Origin: a virus
Direction: 5' to 3' (one strand)
Virus record (IMG/VR): IMGVR_UViG_3300027686_001029
Length of the DNA stretch: 64,000 bases
A program made the translations under genes and the position numbers. The first letter of the stretch is position 1, and every line of letters starts with the position of its first letter. This document shows, piece by piece, positions 62,695-64,000 of the stretch. A model generated the notes under the pieces. That model was not told the origin of the DNA and did not search any database. It saw nothing but the letters and a program-made list of their open reading frames with translations.

Positions 62695-62723
62695 AATATA
62701 CGATTTTATTTTGTAGTATCCAA
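62695..62723 (-). promoter_or_regulatory. Promoter for folE (TTGGAT-N17-TATATT)
   Basis: Consensus match. Confidence 0.7.
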
Positions 62724-63128
62724 ATAACCTTGTATGGTTTTTGAATCTTTTTTTTCCCAAGGGTAAACTATCCATTCAGGTCCTATATGCTGTGCAAAAT
62801 AATCTGGTTTAAATGTAGATTGTTTTTTATAATGAAGTGTTGCATATAAAGGTTGGGGGAACTTATACTGAAACTGTTTTAAAGTTTCTCCTGTATCAGC
62901 TATATCATCAAGTACTAATAGGCTTGGATAATGATTGCTTGGGTTTTCCATATACTCAATTCCGAACCTATGTGAGTAGAGTATTGCTAAAATCGTACCT
63001 CCTCTTGGTACTCCTGTAACGTATCCTACCTGTCCTTTTGTCTGTTGGTATATATTATCTAGAAGGGAGTTTATATCTTCCCACGTTAAAAAAACTTTCT
63101 TTACGCTCATACAATATTTGTTGTCCAA
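62706..63128 (-). CDS. Type I phosphoribosyltransferase (Gpt/Hpt-like)
   Basis: GVPRGG, LVLDDIADTGETL and WIVYPWE motifs. Confidence 0.9.
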   Translation of the reverse strand: MDNKYCMSVKKVFLTWEDINSLLDNIYQQTKGQVGYVTGVPRGGTILAILYSHRFGIEYMENPSNHYPSLLVLDDIADTGETLKQFQYKFPQPLYATLHYKKQSTFKPDYFAQHIGPEWIVYPWEKKDSKTIQGYLDTTK

Positions 63129-63230
63129 AACTGGTTATCGATTATATAACTCTGATCTTTACTTTTCCAGTATAATTCTCTTACTTTACTTCCTAATTCT
63201 TGATCGTTAGGATTTTCTTCTACTAATTTA

Positions 63231-63542
63231 TTAAGGTTCATAATTTAATCCAAAAAATTTATAATTGTTTTTAACTGCTTCTAATTCTCCTGCTTCTATT
63301 GCATCTTCTTCTGTTTCGTATATAGCCTCAACTGGGCATTCTGGAATACAGGCTCCGCAATCTATACATTCGTCTGGGTTAATATATAGGCTTTTGCCTA
63401 TCAATTGCTCTTTAGTCATATTCGCAACTTCTGCTCCTGCACCTTCAATATCTATAGGACCATGTATACAATCTACAGGACAAACAGCAACACAAGCTGT
63501 ATCACATGTACTAATACAGGGACTTCCTATAATGTAGCTCAT
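63231..63542 (-). CDS. Dicluster 4Fe-4S ferredoxin
   Basis: C...CDTACVAVCPVDCI and CIDCGACIPECP motifs. Confidence 0.93.
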   Translation of the reverse strand: MSYIIGSPCISTCDTACVAVCPVDCIHGPIDIEGAGAEVANMTKEQLIGKSLYINPDECIDCGACIPECPVEAIYETEEDAIEAGELEAVKNNYKFFGLNYEP

Positions 63543-63775
63543 AAAGTAACTTTTTTCATAAATTTGTTTACAGCATCTGTAGAGGATGTTCCGGTTGCTA
63601 TATCCTCTGTAACTATTAGAGCACCATATAGGTTAGACATTATCTCCCCAATCACGTCTAGTTCTTCACTAGTAACTTTTCTTGCTTCTGAGATGTCTTC
63701 TAATACCTTTAAAGTAATATTAATTTCATCTTCGTTAGAAGTTTTTACGATTTGTTTAATTACTTGTAGTTTCAT
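63539..63775 (-). CDS. DUF6952-like protein (Flavobacteriia type)
   Basis: MKL.VIK...EELDVIGE..SNLYGAL...A.N.FMK.V pattern. Confidence 0.7.
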   Translation of the reverse strand: MKLQVIKQIVKTSNEDEINITLKVLEDISEARKVTSEELDVIGEIMSNLYGALIVTEDIATGTSSTDAVNKFMKKVTL

Positions 63776-63793
63776 TATAAGTTATTTATTAGG

Positions 63794-64000
63794 TTATACT
63801 TCTCTTTGATCCTCAAATGCTATAATATGTGGTCTCCAAGTCATCCTATATCCATTATCTCTAACCCAATCAAATAGTACCGGGTAAGATTTAAATAAAG
63901 CTTCTCTTGAATCTCCACTTGGCATAAACCAGACTTTATCCTGAGGTACTTCTAAAATACCTATGCATTCTAATATCTCCTGTAATGCGAAATCATCCTT
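63794..64000 (-). CDS. queE: 7-carboxy-7-deazaguanine synthase, C-terminal part (runs off window end)
   Basis: Manual translation ...KVWFMPSG...GYRMTWRPHIIAFEDQREV*, a QueE-type C-terminus beside folE. Confidence 0.75.
   Translation of the reverse strand, partial: KDDFALQEILECIGILEVPQDKVWFMPSGDSREALFKSYPVLFDWVRDNGYRMTWRPHIIAFEDQREV

Noticed and set aside
535-63809. Numerous + strand ORFs of 60-134 aa in the track (e.g. 535..858, 8995..9294, 21839..22204, 29825..30178, 45740..45994, 63405..63809)
   Set aside because: All lie antisense to well-supported - strand genes, have Ser/Leu/Ile/Phe-rich shadow composition and lack start signals
1-64000. Stop-codon reassignment (alternative genetic code)
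   Set aside because: Long conserved genes (polA, groEL, glyA, metK) are intact in code 11, and TAA, TAG and TGA all terminate genes at plausible ends. One short TAG-interrupted ORF near 45140-45222 is not enough
1-64000. Bacterial chromosome or prophage rather than a large phage
   Set aside because: No rRNA, ribosomal or typical housekeeping operons and no integrase; host-like genes are compact and interspersed with many small phage-type ORFs on one strand. Not fully excluded because no virion genes are in the window

Overview
64-kb, AT-rich, densely coded segment of a large dsDNA phage genome. The host is most plausibly Bacteroidota/Flavobacteriia, based on DUF4494-, DUF6952- and Hc1-like genes and A-rich, mostly Shine-Dalgarno-poor starts. 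Apart from three small + strand ORFs at 1-347, essentially all real genes are on the - strand; the long + strand ORFs in the track are antisense shadows. No capsid, terminase or tail genes are present. From right to left (transcription order) the window holds: (i) a 7-deazaguanine DNA-modification cluster (queE partial, folE, DpdA-like transglycosylase, PurN-like formyltransferase/DpdN, queF) with a PRTase, nucleotide kinase and MazG-like pyrophosphatase; (ii) one tRNA-Met(CAT) and a family A DNA polymerase; (iii) chaperones (J-domain protein, Hsp20, GroES, GroEL); (iv) an apt-nucleosidase-metK module; (v) an outer-membrane/lysis block (predicted beta-barrel, amidase, spanin-like pair); (vi) a DUF2589 gene pair bounded by 49-bp direct repeats; (vii) a Cas4-like nuclease and a ~13-kb glyco-enzyme cluster with an aldolase-KdsB fusion; (viii) an accessory region with SHMT, FNR, IscA, 2OG-Fe(II) oxygenases, SGNH-like proteins and a BtuG-like/DUF6580 pair suggestive of B12 capture; (ix) an atypical region near the strand switch with clustered TCTTTAGA repeats. 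A conserved TTG-N20-TAT(A/C)TT promoter recurs at least 15 times, and a GC-rich CGCGCGTGG...ACGCCC element occurs three times just after stop codons. All family calls come from motif recognition by eye; no database searches were run.
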